A DNA stretch of 64,000 nucleotides, taken from IMG/VR virus record IMGVR_UViG_3300043448_000837, positions 50,041 to 114,040 of that record; one strand, 5' to 3'. Source of the stretch: a virus. Shown one piece after another: positions 47,114-56,645 of this stretch. Every line of letters starts with the position of its first letter. The stretch's first letter is position 1. Below the pieces are notes generated by a model, which was not told the DNA's origin, searched no databases, and worked only from the letters and a program-made list of their open reading frames with translations. A program made the position numbers and the translations under genes.

Positions 47114-48399
47114 TAATAGGTTCCCCCATTGGTTATGTCAAGAAGAGTGGTGTCGGTTTTCCAGAATGTGGTTGCAGAGTCGTACACAAGTGTACTTTGA
47201 TTCGTTAAGCCGGTAGTATCGACATCCGGTAAATTGTTGATGGGGACGCCACCACCTCCTGCCGCGATGTAATCTTGAACCCACTGAATCGTAACAAAAG
47301 CTAACGGGTCAGCCGGAATTGCGTAACCAGCGAGGATTGGGCCTTCAAAAGTTCCACCCTGAGTTGTAACCATTTCCTGGGGGTACGGTACAACGGAAAT
47401 CCACTGACCCCCGTTAACGTCAACATACCACATATTCAGGTTGCTGGTTTCGGCGTCGTACCAGAAATCCCCGGGAGAGGGGTTCGGTGGCGGCGAAGAG
47501 CTGATGGTTGTTCTTGTGCATTCGGATGGATTTGAAGTCACTTCGGTCAGCGTGATCCAGGCGTCCGGGGCACCAGAATTATCTCGAAGGTACAAGACGT
47601 TTTGAATCGTGTTGTACCAGAGGGCACCGTTCACAGGGTTGGCTGGTTCAGTGGCACTAATGAGAACCGGTGGGGGAGCCCTTCCCGGTTCGGGAGTAAT
47701 TGCAATCCACACACCACCTTGTGGACCTAGAGTCCAAATCTTGAGCAGGTCGCTTACGGTATCGTACCAAAGGTAGCCAACCAGAGGATTAACCGGCGGA
47801 GTGACACTTACGAAAACAGGACTTTCCTCCTCAGGGATCCCTTGAGAAATGAGAATCCAGCTCGATGTGCCAAATGGAGCCTCTTTCCAAACTTTTAACT
47901 CGTTTGTGTTATCGTTGAACCATAGTGCACCTTGTTGCGGATCGGGCGGAGGTGAAACGCTAACCGTAACTAAGTCGCAACAAGACGTTGAAGAGGAGGC
48001 AGCATTTTCCCAGGTGTTGCCTCCGGGGGTGCTGACGCGAACCTTCAATACCCTTTCAAGGAGGTCAAACCACAGGAAACCTGGCTCCGCATTCTGAGGT
48101 GCAGAAGAACTGATCAGAACCGGCGGCTCTGGCGTAGGGATTGATGACGTGATGTCAATCCAACGAGGGGCTGTTTCCCCATTCAAAAATCCCCAAATCT
48201 TCAGAGTTTCGTCAAGTGTGTCGTACCACAATGCCCCCTGTAAAGGGTTCTTGGGTGCGGCGGCACTAAAATATACGGGTGCTGAGGAAGATGTCGGAAC
48301 GTTTACAGCAAGCCACTGAGTCCCTGTCCACTTCCAGGATCTTCCGTTAAACGTATATACTTGGCCGAGAGTGGGATTTGATGGAAAATTGTATGCCAT
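47113..48399 (-). CDS. tail fibre / virion protein with PP..G.LW(Y/F)D repeats
   Basis: NFPSNPTLGQVY N-terminus; six repeats. Confidence 0.75.
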   Translation of the reverse strand: MAYNFPSNPTLGQVYTFNGRSWKWTGTQWLAVNVPTSSSAPVYFSAAAPKNPLQGALWYDTLDETLKIWGFLNGETAPRWIDITSSIPTPEPPVLISSSAPQNAEPGFLWFDLLERVLKVRVSTPGGNTWENAASSSTSCCDLVTVSVSPPPDPQQGALWFNDNTNELKVWKEAPFGTSSWILISQGIPEEESPVFVSVTPPVNPLVGYLWYDTVSDLLKIWTLGPQGGVWIAITPEPGRAPPPVLISATEPANPVNGALWYNTIQNVLYLRDNSGAPDAWITLTEVTSNPSECTRTTISSSPPPNPSPGDFWYDAETSNLNMWYVDVNGGQWISVVPYPQEMVTTQGGTFEGPILAGYAIPADPLAFVTIQWVQDYIAAGGGGVPINNLPDVDTTGLTNQSTLVYDSATTFWKTDTTLLDITNGGTY

Positions 48400-48457
48400 T
48401 AACCGGTGGGCTCAGCACTCTTTTCAAGGTTTTACCCCACCCAAAATGTTCGCATAC

Positions 48458-48483
48458 AAGAAAAGGGAGGTTTCCCTCCCTGA
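48458..48483 (-). terminator. intrinsic terminator
   Basis: gggagg-gaaa-cctccc-ttttctt. Confidence 0.7.
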
Positions 48484-48582
48484 AAGTTCAAACGATGCCC
48501 GAAGGTTTGTTAGAAGCGTATTGCTTTTCAATGCGGTCTTTTGCTTTGATCTTAGCAAACAACCAAACCAAGAATGCGGGTT

Positions 48583-48735
48583 TCATAGCTGGCACTCCTT
48601 TACTCCACGGTACTTGAGGCCACGGTATGTAAACCAGCGACTGGCGTCGCAGTGGACGCGATTCCACCAAACTTTGAAGTTAGATTGATGGGTTTTAGTG
48701 TCATACTTGACACCGCGATAAGTAGCGATTGACAT
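48583..48735 (-). CDS. DUF4278 protein
   Basis: Manual translation MSIATYRGVKYD...FTYRGLKY; below the ORF-track size cutoff. Confidence 0.8.
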   Translation of the reverse strand: MSIATYRGVKYDTKTHQSNFKVWWNRVHCDASRWFTYRGLKYRGVKECQL

Positions 48736-48759
48736 TGGATTCACTCTATAAAGAAACAG

Positions 48760-48820
48760 AGTGCGTTCCTTCGGCGAAAAGCCTACTTCCGTTTGCTATT
48801 TGCAAATAACAAATGAACGT
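48760..48820 (-). ncRNA. glnA RNA (glutamine riboswitch)
   Basis: CGTTCA-[hairpin]-CGGAAGTAGG-[hairpin]-GAAGGAACGC directly upstream of DUF4278. Confidence 0.85.
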
Positions 48821-49079
48821 GAGTTGTTTTACCCTTAAAGTAGGATAATGAGGAGAGGAATCGCCAGGGCGGCAATTCCCAACAGAAAGCCTCCGATCTC
48901 AAGAATCAGAGGCATCAGACTGTACGGTTGCATTTTTGCGAAGGGTGATTTCCCGCTTCGCCACGTTGCCGCTCGCAGTTGCCATTACGATGGCAACCGA
49001 AACGAAGCCAACGAGGCCAATCACAGCGAGAGCGAGGTCGGTACCAGTGAAGATGGCCCAGGTTTCCATGTGTCGTTTT

Positions 49080-49769
49080 CTAACTGAGTTTATTATAGCC
49101 CGCCTTGCCGGCGGAGTAAAGGGCGGTTAACCGGTCTAGCAGGTACGGTAAACCGTCCGGATGGATGAGTTCGGTTGTTGTAGGAGAGGAATATCGCCAA
49201 CCCTGTTGTTTGCAGTAACGGAGGCAGTCTTGCTCAAGGTCGAAGCATTCGCCGAGGGTGGAGGTGTGAAGGTGGATGATGGAGATGAGTTGCCCCTTAC
49301 GAAATCGCTCGGAGAGAGTTAACCTGGTGATACCTAACTTAAAGTGTGTGCCAGATTCATCCAAGTAGCGGATAAGGTAGAGGGTCCCAGGTAGAAGGCG
49401 CTGTTTGGATGTTGGTATCCAGGAGTTTTCTACTCCTTTCATTATTTCGCTATGTTTTACTCTCTCATCAGGATTATCCCATCTTTGTCGTCTGGCTTGC
49501 AGATGTTTTTCTTTACCGGTTACCCACGATTTCACTGCTGCTTTCCGTTTCTGCTCAGGGTCATGTGCTTTTGATGCTTGGGACTTGCAACAGAACTGTC
49601 TTTCCACGAACCTAATAACCGTTGTCTCCTTGACAACTCCGTGGGGACAAGAGCAACGAACTCTCGTAAGAGCGGTCAGATGATTAGGCACGAATACGCA
49701 CATGCTGAGGCGAGCGGCAGTGTTTGCCATCTCCTGTTTCCAGTTGCGTTGTGCGTACTGATTTGCCAT
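49080..49769 (-). CDS. free-standing putative homing endonuclease downstream of psbA
   Basis: N-terminal Cys/His motif; C-terminal LYLIRY...FKLGIT...E (GIY-YIG/T5orf172-like). Confidence 0.6.
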   Translation of the reverse strand: MANQYAQRNWKQEMANTAARLSMCVFVPNHLTALTRVRCSCPHGVVKETTVIRFVERQFCCKSQASKAHDPEQKRKAAVKSWVTGKEKHLQARRQRWDNPDERVKHSEIMKGVENSWIPTSKQRLLPGTLYLIRYLDESGTHFKLGITRLTLSERFRKGQLISIIHLHTSTLGECFDLEQDCLRYCKQQGWRYSSPTTTELIHPDGLPYLLDRLTALYSAGKAGYNKLS

Positions 49770-49823
49770 ACAAAAAGACCTCTGCAGGTATTATACCGCA
49801 GAGGTCGAGAAGTAAACTGTAAC

Positions 49824-51702
49824 TCAGCCGATCGAGGGAGCGGTGAGGGCTACAGGTGTGAAGTCAACAGAAGCGAGGTCCAACGGAAAATTGTGGGCAT
49901 TTCTTTCGTGAGCTACTTCAAAACCAAGATTAGCACGATTCAGAATGTCAGCCCAAGTTGGAATAACACGATTCTGGCTATCAACCAAAGATTGGTTGAA
50001 GTTGAAGCCGTTTAGGTTGAAGGCCATGGTCGAGACGCCTAGCGCCGCGAACCATATTCCGACCACAGGCCAAGCAGCAAGAAAGAAATGAAGAGAACGG
50101 CTATTATTGAAGGATGCATACTGGAAGATCAAACGACCGAAGTAGCCATGGGCTGCAACAATGTTATAGGTTTCTTCTTCTTGTCCGAACTTGTATCCGT
50201 AGTTCTGGGAAATGTCCTCGGTCGTTTCACGAATCAGGCTGGAAGTCACCAGCGAACCGTGCATAGCACTGAACAAAGAACCACCAAAAACACCTGCAAC
50301 ACCCAGCATGTGGAAAGGGTGCATTAGAATGTTGTGCTCAGCTTGGAAAACGAGCATGTAGTTGAAGGTTCCGCTGATTCCGAGTGGCATACCATCGGAG
50401 AATGAACCTTGTCCGAAAGGATAAACCAGGAAAACGGCGGTTGCTGCTGCTACCGGAGCAGAGTAAGCAACAAAAATCCAAGGACGCATACCCAGGCGGT
50501 AGCTAAGCTCCCATTCACGGCCCATGTAGCAAAAAACGCCGAGAAGGAAGTGGAAGACGGTAAGTTGGTAAGGGCCACCGTTGTAGCAGGGTGGCATCCA
50601 CTTGTTTCCAAGTGGCGTGGACTATATCATCACTCTCACGAGTGTCGGGCGCTAATGTCGTATTACGAGTCACGCTTGACTCACCGACTAGTCTCTGAAC
50701 CTTCCGCTCAAGCGTGAGCGGCTTGGCTGCTGATTGCCATACTAATGGAACACGTAACCCCGTTGTGAATAAGGCGTTCCCCGATGGGTAACTTAGCCAG
50801 GTGGGCGGTTGACACCTTGACACCAAAGGCTTCCTCAATCATTTCTGCCACTTGACTGTAATCGACACCGGGTTCGGCAACGATTGTTCCGAGTTTCTTT
50901 CCGATCTTTCGTTCGGTAATCTTCTCGTGAACGTGGAAGTGGCGCTCCCATTTCCTACTGTCAAATACAGATTGGCGAGAGTTTCTCTTATTTTTTCCTC
51001 GATTATCGTCATTCCAGGTGGAGAGTTTTCTTCCTATGGCTTGACGAGTTTCCCGAGGTTGCTTAAGAGCGGCTTCTCGGAGTTGGCCGCTTTCTTTAGC
51101 GGCTTTACCACCTTTCTTCCCAGCAAAGGAAAGAATCAGCTCAACGATTTCCTCCTTGTTTATCGCACCGGACAAAGCCTTGTAAGCGATTCGGTCACCC
51201 TCGCTGCCCCAAAGTTGCCAGTTGGCGTAGTGGAACATTGCGTGACGAGTAACACTAATACCCTTAACAATGTTGGAAGGGTCGTCGGAGCCGCCGAGAT
51301 GTCTAGGTAGTAAATGGTGATTGTGTTTCATTTTCAGGTTTCCAGCAGTTCACCCGATTTATAGTGGCCCTACAGGCTGAGCCACTCATCCAAGGAAGCA
51401 GCTTCCCAGATAGGGTAGAAGTGCAGGCCAATAGCGTTACTGGACGGCACAACAGCGCCAGAAATGATGTTGTTCCCATACAGGAGAGAACCAGCGACTG
51501 GTTCACGAATTCCGTCGATATCGACAGGAGGAGCGGCGACGAACGCGACAATGAAGCAAATAGTTGCGGCAAGCAACGTCGGGATCATCAGTGTACCAAA
51601 CCAACCTACGTAGAGGCGGTTATTGGTTGAAGTCACCCATTGGCAGAAAGACTCCCAGGAATCAGCGAGGGGAGAACGACGAGTTAAAACAGAAGCGGTC
51701 AT
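49824..51702 (-). CDS. psbA: Photosystem II D1; exon 1 51702-51380, exon 2 50586-49824 (361 aa spliced)
   Basis: Canonical D1 sequence; splicing restores DEWL-YNGGPYQ; E130 (MGREWE). Confidence 0.97.
50587..51379 (-). mobile_element. Group I intron (793 nt) in psbA
   Basis: 5' splice site after U with P1 gtggct/gggccac; P10 tgtag/ctaca; core GAACTGCTGGAA, AATCAGCAGCCAAG, TTCAGAGACTA, GATATAGTCC; terminal G. Confidence 0.92.
50708..51331 (-). CDS. intron-encoded HNH homing endonuclease
   Basis: [18 protein letters not shown]...HAMFH. Confidence 0.85.
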   Translation of the reverse strand: MKHNHHLLPRHLGGSDDPSNIVKGISVTRHAMFHYANWQLWGSEGDRIAYKALSGAINKEEIVELILSFAGKKGGKAAKESGQLREAALKQPRETRQAIGRKLSTWNDDNRGKNKRNSRQSVFDSRKWERHFHVHEKITERKIGKKLGTIVAEPGVDYSQVAEMIEEAFGVKVSTAHLAKLPIGERLIHNGVTCSISMAISSQAAHA

Positions 51703-51798
51703 TAGTCATGATAAGTACGTTTGCATTTTAAGTACTCAGCGGAACTACCGCCTACATGACCATTATACCCTTTGTAAAGTTTTGTAAACTTTTATACC

Positions 51799-52350
51799 TC
51801 AGCCGCCCTTCGTCAGTTTGTTTGCTTCACGCTCCAGCTTGCGCTGCTCAGGAGTCATGGCAGCGTTGCTCTCACGCTTGGCGGCGGCGAAGTACTTGTC
51901 GGATGCCTTCAATGCGGCTCTCTCAGCTTTGTCCAGTGCCATGCTTGCGTTGAGTCGGCGGCGCAGAGACTCAGGGCTCTTGTCACCTTTCGTTGCAGCA
52001 TTGACGAGAGCAAGCTCACCCTTGGCGGCTTTGACCGCCTTTTCCGTTTTTGCCCACTCTTTCTTCAAGTCCTTGGACGAGGCGCGAGGTTTAGCTCCTT
52101 TCATCTTCTGAACCACCGCCTTCGCGTCAGAGTCGGTGGCTGCTCTCGGCCTACTTGCGGGTTTCTCAGCAGGTCCACCCTCGGTACCTTTCCGGCATTT
52201 CCCCCGAGTTCCGTAAGCTGAACCGTCAGGGCGCACGCAGCGAGTGAAATCGTAGAGGTCGCCCTCAGCGAAATCCGCAGCTTGAGTTTGGGCTGCGAGT
52301 TGAGCGAATTGCTCAAGCGCCTCCTCAGAAAAAGAACCGTACATGGTCAA
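51799..52350 (-). CDS. basic late protein, candidate head-internal protein
   Basis: GSFSEEAL leader; YDFTRCVRPDGSAYGTRGKCRKG module. Confidence 0.65.
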   Translation of the reverse strand: MTMYGSFSEEALEQFAQLAAQTQAADFAEGDLYDFTRCVRPDGSAYGTRGKCRKGTEGGPAEKPASRPRAATDSDAKAVVQKMKGAKPRASSKDLKKEWAKTEKAVKAAKGELALVNAATKGDKSPESLRRRLNASMALDKAERAALKASDKYFAAAKRESNAAMTPEQRKLEREANKLTKGG

Positions 52351-52367
52351 ACTGTTTCGATACCAAT

Positions 52368-52580
52368 TTATACCCTTCCTTCAGTGGAATGAATCCACTT
52401 TTTGAGCTCTAGGGTGTATTTACGCAAGACTTCCGCCTGGGTGAGATGCCACGAATTGCCTGTTTGAAGGTAAAGGCGCATGTGCTCGTCGACAGCGTTC
52501 AAACACTGCTTAATCACAGGGTTCCACGGTTCACGAACCGGTGTGTTCCAGGTTCGTTTATTCTCACCAGTGCTCTTCAT
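52368..52580 (-). CDS. conserved cyanophage hypothetical protein
   Basis: WNTPVREPWN. Confidence 0.65.
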   Translation of the reverse strand: MKSTGENKRTWNTPVREPWNPVIKQCLNAVDEHMRLYLQTGNSWHLTQAEVLRKYTLELKKWIHSTEGRV

Positions 52581-52950
52581 CGTTTGCGTCCAAACGTTTG
52601 GCTATTCTCTCAAGCTCCGACGCGATTCCTTCTACCAACTCGCTTTCGCGCACATCAAGCATATAGTGGTCAATATCACGAGTTCGGTCAAGTTCGCCTT
52701 GCCGATTGTTCGCCATCAAAATGATCGGCCCAAGCAACGCTGCCTGAGTCGAAAGCATCAAGTTTAGCAAAATGAAGGGGTATGGGTCCGGTTTCATCGG
52801 AGTTCCAACATTCAGGCAAACCCACAGAACCATTGCTGCGGATTGGCCTAGAATGAAGTTCCAACTTCCGACCACATTGACAAATCTGTCTGCTAGTGTT
52901 TTCCGCTCGGGTGGTTTCGGTCGCATGACACGAATCCTCTCGATTGGCAC
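52564..52950 (-). CDS. DUF1003 membrane protein
   Basis: GSWNFI...DPYPFILLNLMLSTQAA..PIILMA.NRQ. Confidence 0.88.
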   Translation of the reverse strand: MPIERIRVMRPKPPERKTLADRFVNVVGSWNFILGQSAAMVLWVCLNVGTPMKPDPYPFILLNLMLSTQAALLGPIILMANNRQGELDRTRDIDHYMLDVRESELVEGIASELERIAKRLDANDEEHW

Positions 52951-53137
52951 AACTACCCCTTCAAAGTTTCATATGCTACTTTTACCCGTCAGTGGGCCAT
53001 CAAAGCATAAACTTCTTCAGTTGTTAGCCCGCCATTTTCAAGCACGTCTTGCAAGATTCGGTCCGCTTCATCTTCCGCCTCGTCAGTGCCCTTGCGAAGC
53101 AGCTCCTTCCGGCGAATCATCTCTTTCAGGTTGTCGC

Positions 53138-53965
53138 TCATTGTAACCTACCAAGTTCTTGAATGTACTCTTCTCCGAGGCGGGTTCTTTTATTCTTCGC
53201 CGCCTGACTGTGTCCTTGAATTTCCTTGTACCTGTCAAGGTATCGATTTACCATGCTCACGTAGGGATCGCTTGCGAGTTCTGGATTTTTCCAGTCCACA
53301 AGACTTGCGATCTTAGCGAGATCTTGCATGACACGAGAAGGCTGCCGAGAGGCTGGAACGCTCAAGCCGTAATCAACAAGTTGAACATTGTTGCCGCTGA
53401 CGATGAACTGCAGAGCGTGAAGATCGCCGTGGGCGTAACCCAGCTTGTGCAGGTCGCGAATCGCCGCCGACGCCTTTTTTGCCTGTGAAGCATTCATGAC
53501 AGGCTCATTCTCTCCACGGGAGTAACCCTCCCACAGCGGTTTGCCTTTGGCTGCCGCCATCTCGATATGCTCGGCCGAATGGGAATGGATCTTGGGTCCG
53601 TGACCCAGTTCACCCATCTTCTTCGCCAGCTCAACCTCAAACTCTCCAAACTCTCCCTTCTTCCCGTCCTTGCCAACCAGCAGTTGTTTCACAACTCGTT
53701 TGCCGTCCGGACTGATTGAAACCTTCCCGTAGTTGCCTTCAGCGAGTGGTTTCCACTTGTCGTATCCTACTTTAGTCGAGGAATTTTCGAATGTTCGACG
53801 ATTTCTGTCATAGGCCTTCGACATTCTTGCCAGTAGTTCCGCCGTCTTTCCGACTTCTTTCGAAGACGAAAAAGCGACCCGACAACTGCGCTGAGACGCA
53901 ATACATGTCGAGCCGCAGGATTTACCTCGGACACACCTTCTTTTACGTCGATTCTTTCCCACCAA
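53138..53965 (-). CDS. protein kinase-like protein with Cys-rich basic N-terminus
   Basis: AEGNYGKV, VVK, HGDLH, VDYG. Confidence 0.75.
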   Translation of the reverse strand: MVGKNRRKRRCVRGKSCGSTCIASQRSCRVAFSSSKEVGKTAELLARMSKAYDRNRRTFENSSTKVGYDKWKPLAEGNYGKVSISPDGKRVVKQLLVGKDGKKGEFGEFEVELAKKMGELGHGPKIHSHSAEHIEMAAAKGKPLWEGYSRGENEPVMNASQAKKASAAIRDLHKLGYAHGDLHALQFIVSGNNVQLVDYGLSVPASRQPSRVMQDLAKIASLVDWKNPELASDPYVSMVNRYLDRYKEIQGHSQAAKNKRTRLGEEYIQELGRLQ

Positions 53966-53993
53966 GATTTAGCGTCTGATTGGTTTTACCCGG

Positions 53994-54524
53994 TCAACTT
54001 TCCTGGTAGACGGACACAAACACCGTGCCCTGCTTCACCAGAGGCAACAGTTTGTACAGGAGATCCTCATTATACATTCGGACGCAGCCGTGTGTTGGAA
54101 CCAGACGTTGCTTCGGAAGCCAAGCTCCAGGCCAGCCATTGGCTGAACCGCCTCCGTGGATCATAATTCCCGCCCGGCCGAACTTGGCCTCCTGGCGCTC
54201 TAGCTCAACAAGATCGAATGAAACCCAGCCGTACGCCATCAGAGTGCGATCGTAAGGTGGATTCGCACCTTCTTTGGCGTAGTCGTTGTACACGGTTCCG
54301 ATCTGGTAGAGACCCGGCGGTGTATCCGTGTTGGTGTACTTATATTCGGTGTCGCTACCTTGGCCGCGAGCCAGGCAATTCACTTCCCACAGCTTTCTGC
54401 CACCGTAGGCGTAGGCAGTCGCTTTTTCTGTGATGTCGTTAACAATGAGGTGCGTGTCGCCTTCTTTGAAGCCGAAATCTTGAGGTTTTCTGTTTGGGCC
54501 GATCATAATCAAAAGAGGGGCCAA
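53994..54524 (-). CDS. L,D-transpeptidase (YkuD)-like protein
   Basis: DTPPGLY, IMIHGGG, THGCVRM. Confidence 0.8.
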   Translation of the reverse strand: MAPLLIMIGPNRKPQDFGFKEGDTHLIVNDITEKATAYAYGGRKLWEVNCLARGQGSDTEYKYTNTDTPPGLYQIGTVYNDYAKEGANPPYDRTLMAYGWVSFDLVELERQEAKFGRAGIMIHGGGSANGWPGAWLPKQRLVPTHGCVRMYNEDLLYKLLPLVKQGTVFVSVYQES

Positions 54525-54540
54525 AGCCCCCCTGCGAAAG

Positions 54541-54753
54541 TTACTTCAGAAAAGGAATTTTTCCGATCATTTTAGTTAGCGGTTGAAGCGCCTTTAGCAG
54601 AGCTTCAATTCTGTTCAAAGTCAGAAGCAGAAGATCGAGTTTTTTCTCCAGGGAGTCAACCCTTTTCGTAATTGGCTCAAGACCTTGTTCGAGTTCGCCT
54701 CGAATGAACGATCCAGGGTCGTTAGCGGCTCCGAAGATTTGATCGATTTTCAT
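54541..54753 (-). CDS. hypothetical coiled-coil protein
   Basis: Coupled to hsp20. Confidence 0.55.
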   Translation of the reverse strand: MKIDQIFGAANDPGSFIRGELEQGLEPITKRVDSLEKKLDLLLLTLNRIEALLKALQPLTKMIGKIPFLK

Positions 54754-55109
54754 GATTCCTCTAATACTTGAACTTCGACGATTCTTGCATCCCTCTTTGG
54801 AATGCGAATGGTCAGAAGACCGTGCTTCAAGGAAGCCGCTGCCTCGTCGGGGGACAACCTTTGTCCGATGGTAATATATGCGTTGCCGCGAGGTGTTTCC
54901 ACGGACAGAGATCTTCCTTCGATCCGAACTTTGACGTCTTCGGGTTTGACTCCAGGAACCTCAATCTCTGCGACTGCAGCGTGATCCTCGCTTAGAATGC
55001 GATAATTCAGTGCCGTATTTCGCGAGACTGGGGCCTGATACTGAGACATTTGATTAAGAAGTTGATCAAACTCAGCGAACAAGGGGTTGCGAATAATAGC
55101 GTTAGTCAT
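54750..55109 (-). CDS. small heat-shock protein Hsp20
   Basis: EVPGVKPEDVKV...ASLKHGLLTIRIPK. Confidence 0.88.
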   Translation of the reverse strand: MTNAIIRNPLFAEFDQLLNQMSQYQAPVSRNTALNYRILSEDHAAVAEIEVPGVKPEDVKVRIEGRSLSVETPRGNAYITIGQRLSPDEAAASLKHGLLTIRIPKRDARIVEVQVLEES

Positions 55110-55187
55110 GGTTCTCAGGGCGCAAAGCGCAAAAGGTGAGATGGAGTTTCCTCCACCCTGATTATACCCCGGTCTTCCTTCCGTAAA

Positions 55188-55427
55188 CTACTTCGGCTGC
55201 GGAACACACTTCGGTTTCTTCAGCTTCTGCTGTTGAGCCTGGAGCTGTGGATCCGGTTGCGAAGCCTGCACCACTTGCGGTTGAGGGGGCTGTGGAGGCT
55301 GCGGTGGTGGCTTCGGCTGCGGTGGTGGCTTGGGCGGGCAAGGCTCCGCAGCGGGCTGCCCCGGCTCCGCGTAGAGCATCGCTGAAACGGCTTCAAGCGC
55401 CTCTTGAGAGAATCCAGAAATGTTCAT
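55188..55427 (-). CDS. Pro/Gln-rich late protein
   Basis: ISGFSQEAL leader. Confidence 0.6.
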   Translation of the reverse strand: MNISGFSQEALEAVSAMLYAEPGQPAAEPCPPKPPPQPKPPPQPPQPPQPQVVQASQPDPQLQAQQQKLKKPKCVPQPK

Positions 55428-55750
55428 CCGAGCATTCTCATCCCTTGAACTTCCTTGCTACTTCCACCCTGCGGGTTACCCGGACCCTTCGGATACGACG
55501 CAGGGGAGAGCATTTCGCTATCAATGTTTTCTTTGAGTTTTCCTTGGTCGCCGGGCTGTTTTCCGCGTCGGGAATCAATATCCGAGTTCAAGTTGGTATT
55601 GCGCTTGAACCACGGATCCGTTTCGTAGTTCTGCTTGTTTACAGGGCCACCCTTTCCGGTCTTGAACTGTTTCTTCCAGTCCGGGTCAGCAAACTCAAGC
55701 ATCAACGTCACTTCTGAAAGTGATTCCGGAGAGAAGCCAGGGATATCCAT
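55424..55750 (-). CDS. late protein
   Basis: IPGFSPESL leader. Confidence 0.65.
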   Translation of the reverse strand: MDIPGFSPESLSEVTLMLEFADPDWKKQFKTGKGGPVNKQNYETDPWFKRNTNLNSDIDSRRGKQPGDQGKLKENIDSEMLSPASYPKGPGNPQGGSSKEVQGMRMLG

Positions 55751-56643
55751 CAGTCGTTACCATATTTGTCTCTGATGAATTGCTCTTGGGTCTTGATTCT
55801 TTCGTCGTACATTTTCAGAATTTTGCCGATCATTTCTTCACCCGAACGGCTTCCAAACTGCTTCTTGTAATCTTCGGCTTCTTTCTTAAGGTCAGCGAGA
55901 CCGTCGATAGCCATGTTACGAGGGGAGGTTCCAATCAACTGACCACCTGGCCGCCTCACATCTTCTTCAGCTCGCCTCTTCGGCATTTCTTTTACAAGGC
56001 TTCGAACTGTGTCGGTGCTTCCTCCGCCTAGTTTCTTACGTGTGTCGCCAACCAAAGCGATGAAGTCGGTATCTTTAGGAACGCCACGGCGAATCATCTC
56101 CTCGATACGCTTCTTGTCCGACTTGAATTTTGAGTCAGACATGACTTCAGCAGCAATCTTCTCGCTCTTGGTCATTTTTGGCTTGCCTACTGTGTGGCTC
56201 TTTCCTGAGCTGTCCAGGATCTTCTCGCCTTCCGGAAGTAGGTCGGCTAGCTGGTTAATGGCGCTCTTTTCCTCTGCGCTGACTTCAGTTCCTTTGCGGC
56301 ACTTGCCACCTGTGCCGTAGCGAGAGCCATTGGGACGCTCACAAGTTGTGAAGTCGTAGGTGCCATCAAGCATCGCGGAAACTTCTTGAGCCACGTCTTC
56401 AGAGTAACCCATTGAGACCAGGCGCTCGGCATGATCAGAGGACTTACCTTTCGACTTCCCTGCCATTGAGAGGGCGATTGCGATTGCTTGGTCTTGCGAT
56501 TTCACCACCTTGCCTTCCTTTCCGCCTTTACCCCGGCCACTGTGCAACGGTTTCGGGTCGTGATGTTTCCACCGGTGCATCACCTGCCCCACCTCATCTT
56601 TGTGGGCTGACATAGAATGACCTTTGGGCAATTCCTTTGACAT
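55750..56643 (-). CDS. late protein with QAIAIALS motif and YDFxxCxRPxG module
   Basis: VKSQDQAIAIALSMAG; YDFTTCERPNGSRYGTGGKCRKG. Confidence 0.7.
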   Translation of the reverse strand: MSKELPKGHSMSAHKDEVGQVMHRWKHHDPKPLHSGRGKGGKEGKVVKSQDQAIAIALSMAGKSKGKSSDHAERLVSMGYSEDVAQEVSAMLDGTYDFTTCERPNGSRYGTGGKCRKGTEVSAEEKSAINQLADLLPEGEKILDSSGKSHTVGKPKMTKSEKIAAEVMSDSKFKSDKKRIEEMIRRGVPKDTDFIALVGDTRKKLGGGSTDTVRSLVKEMPKRRAEEDVRRPGGQLIGTSPRNMAIDGLADLKKEAEDYKKQFGSRSGEEMIGKILKMYDERIKTQEQFIRDKYGND

Positions 56644-56645
56644 GG

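Noticed and set aside
49824-51702. psbA as a frameshifted pseudogene or two separate genes
   Set aside because: Removing the group I intron restores a full 361-aa D1.
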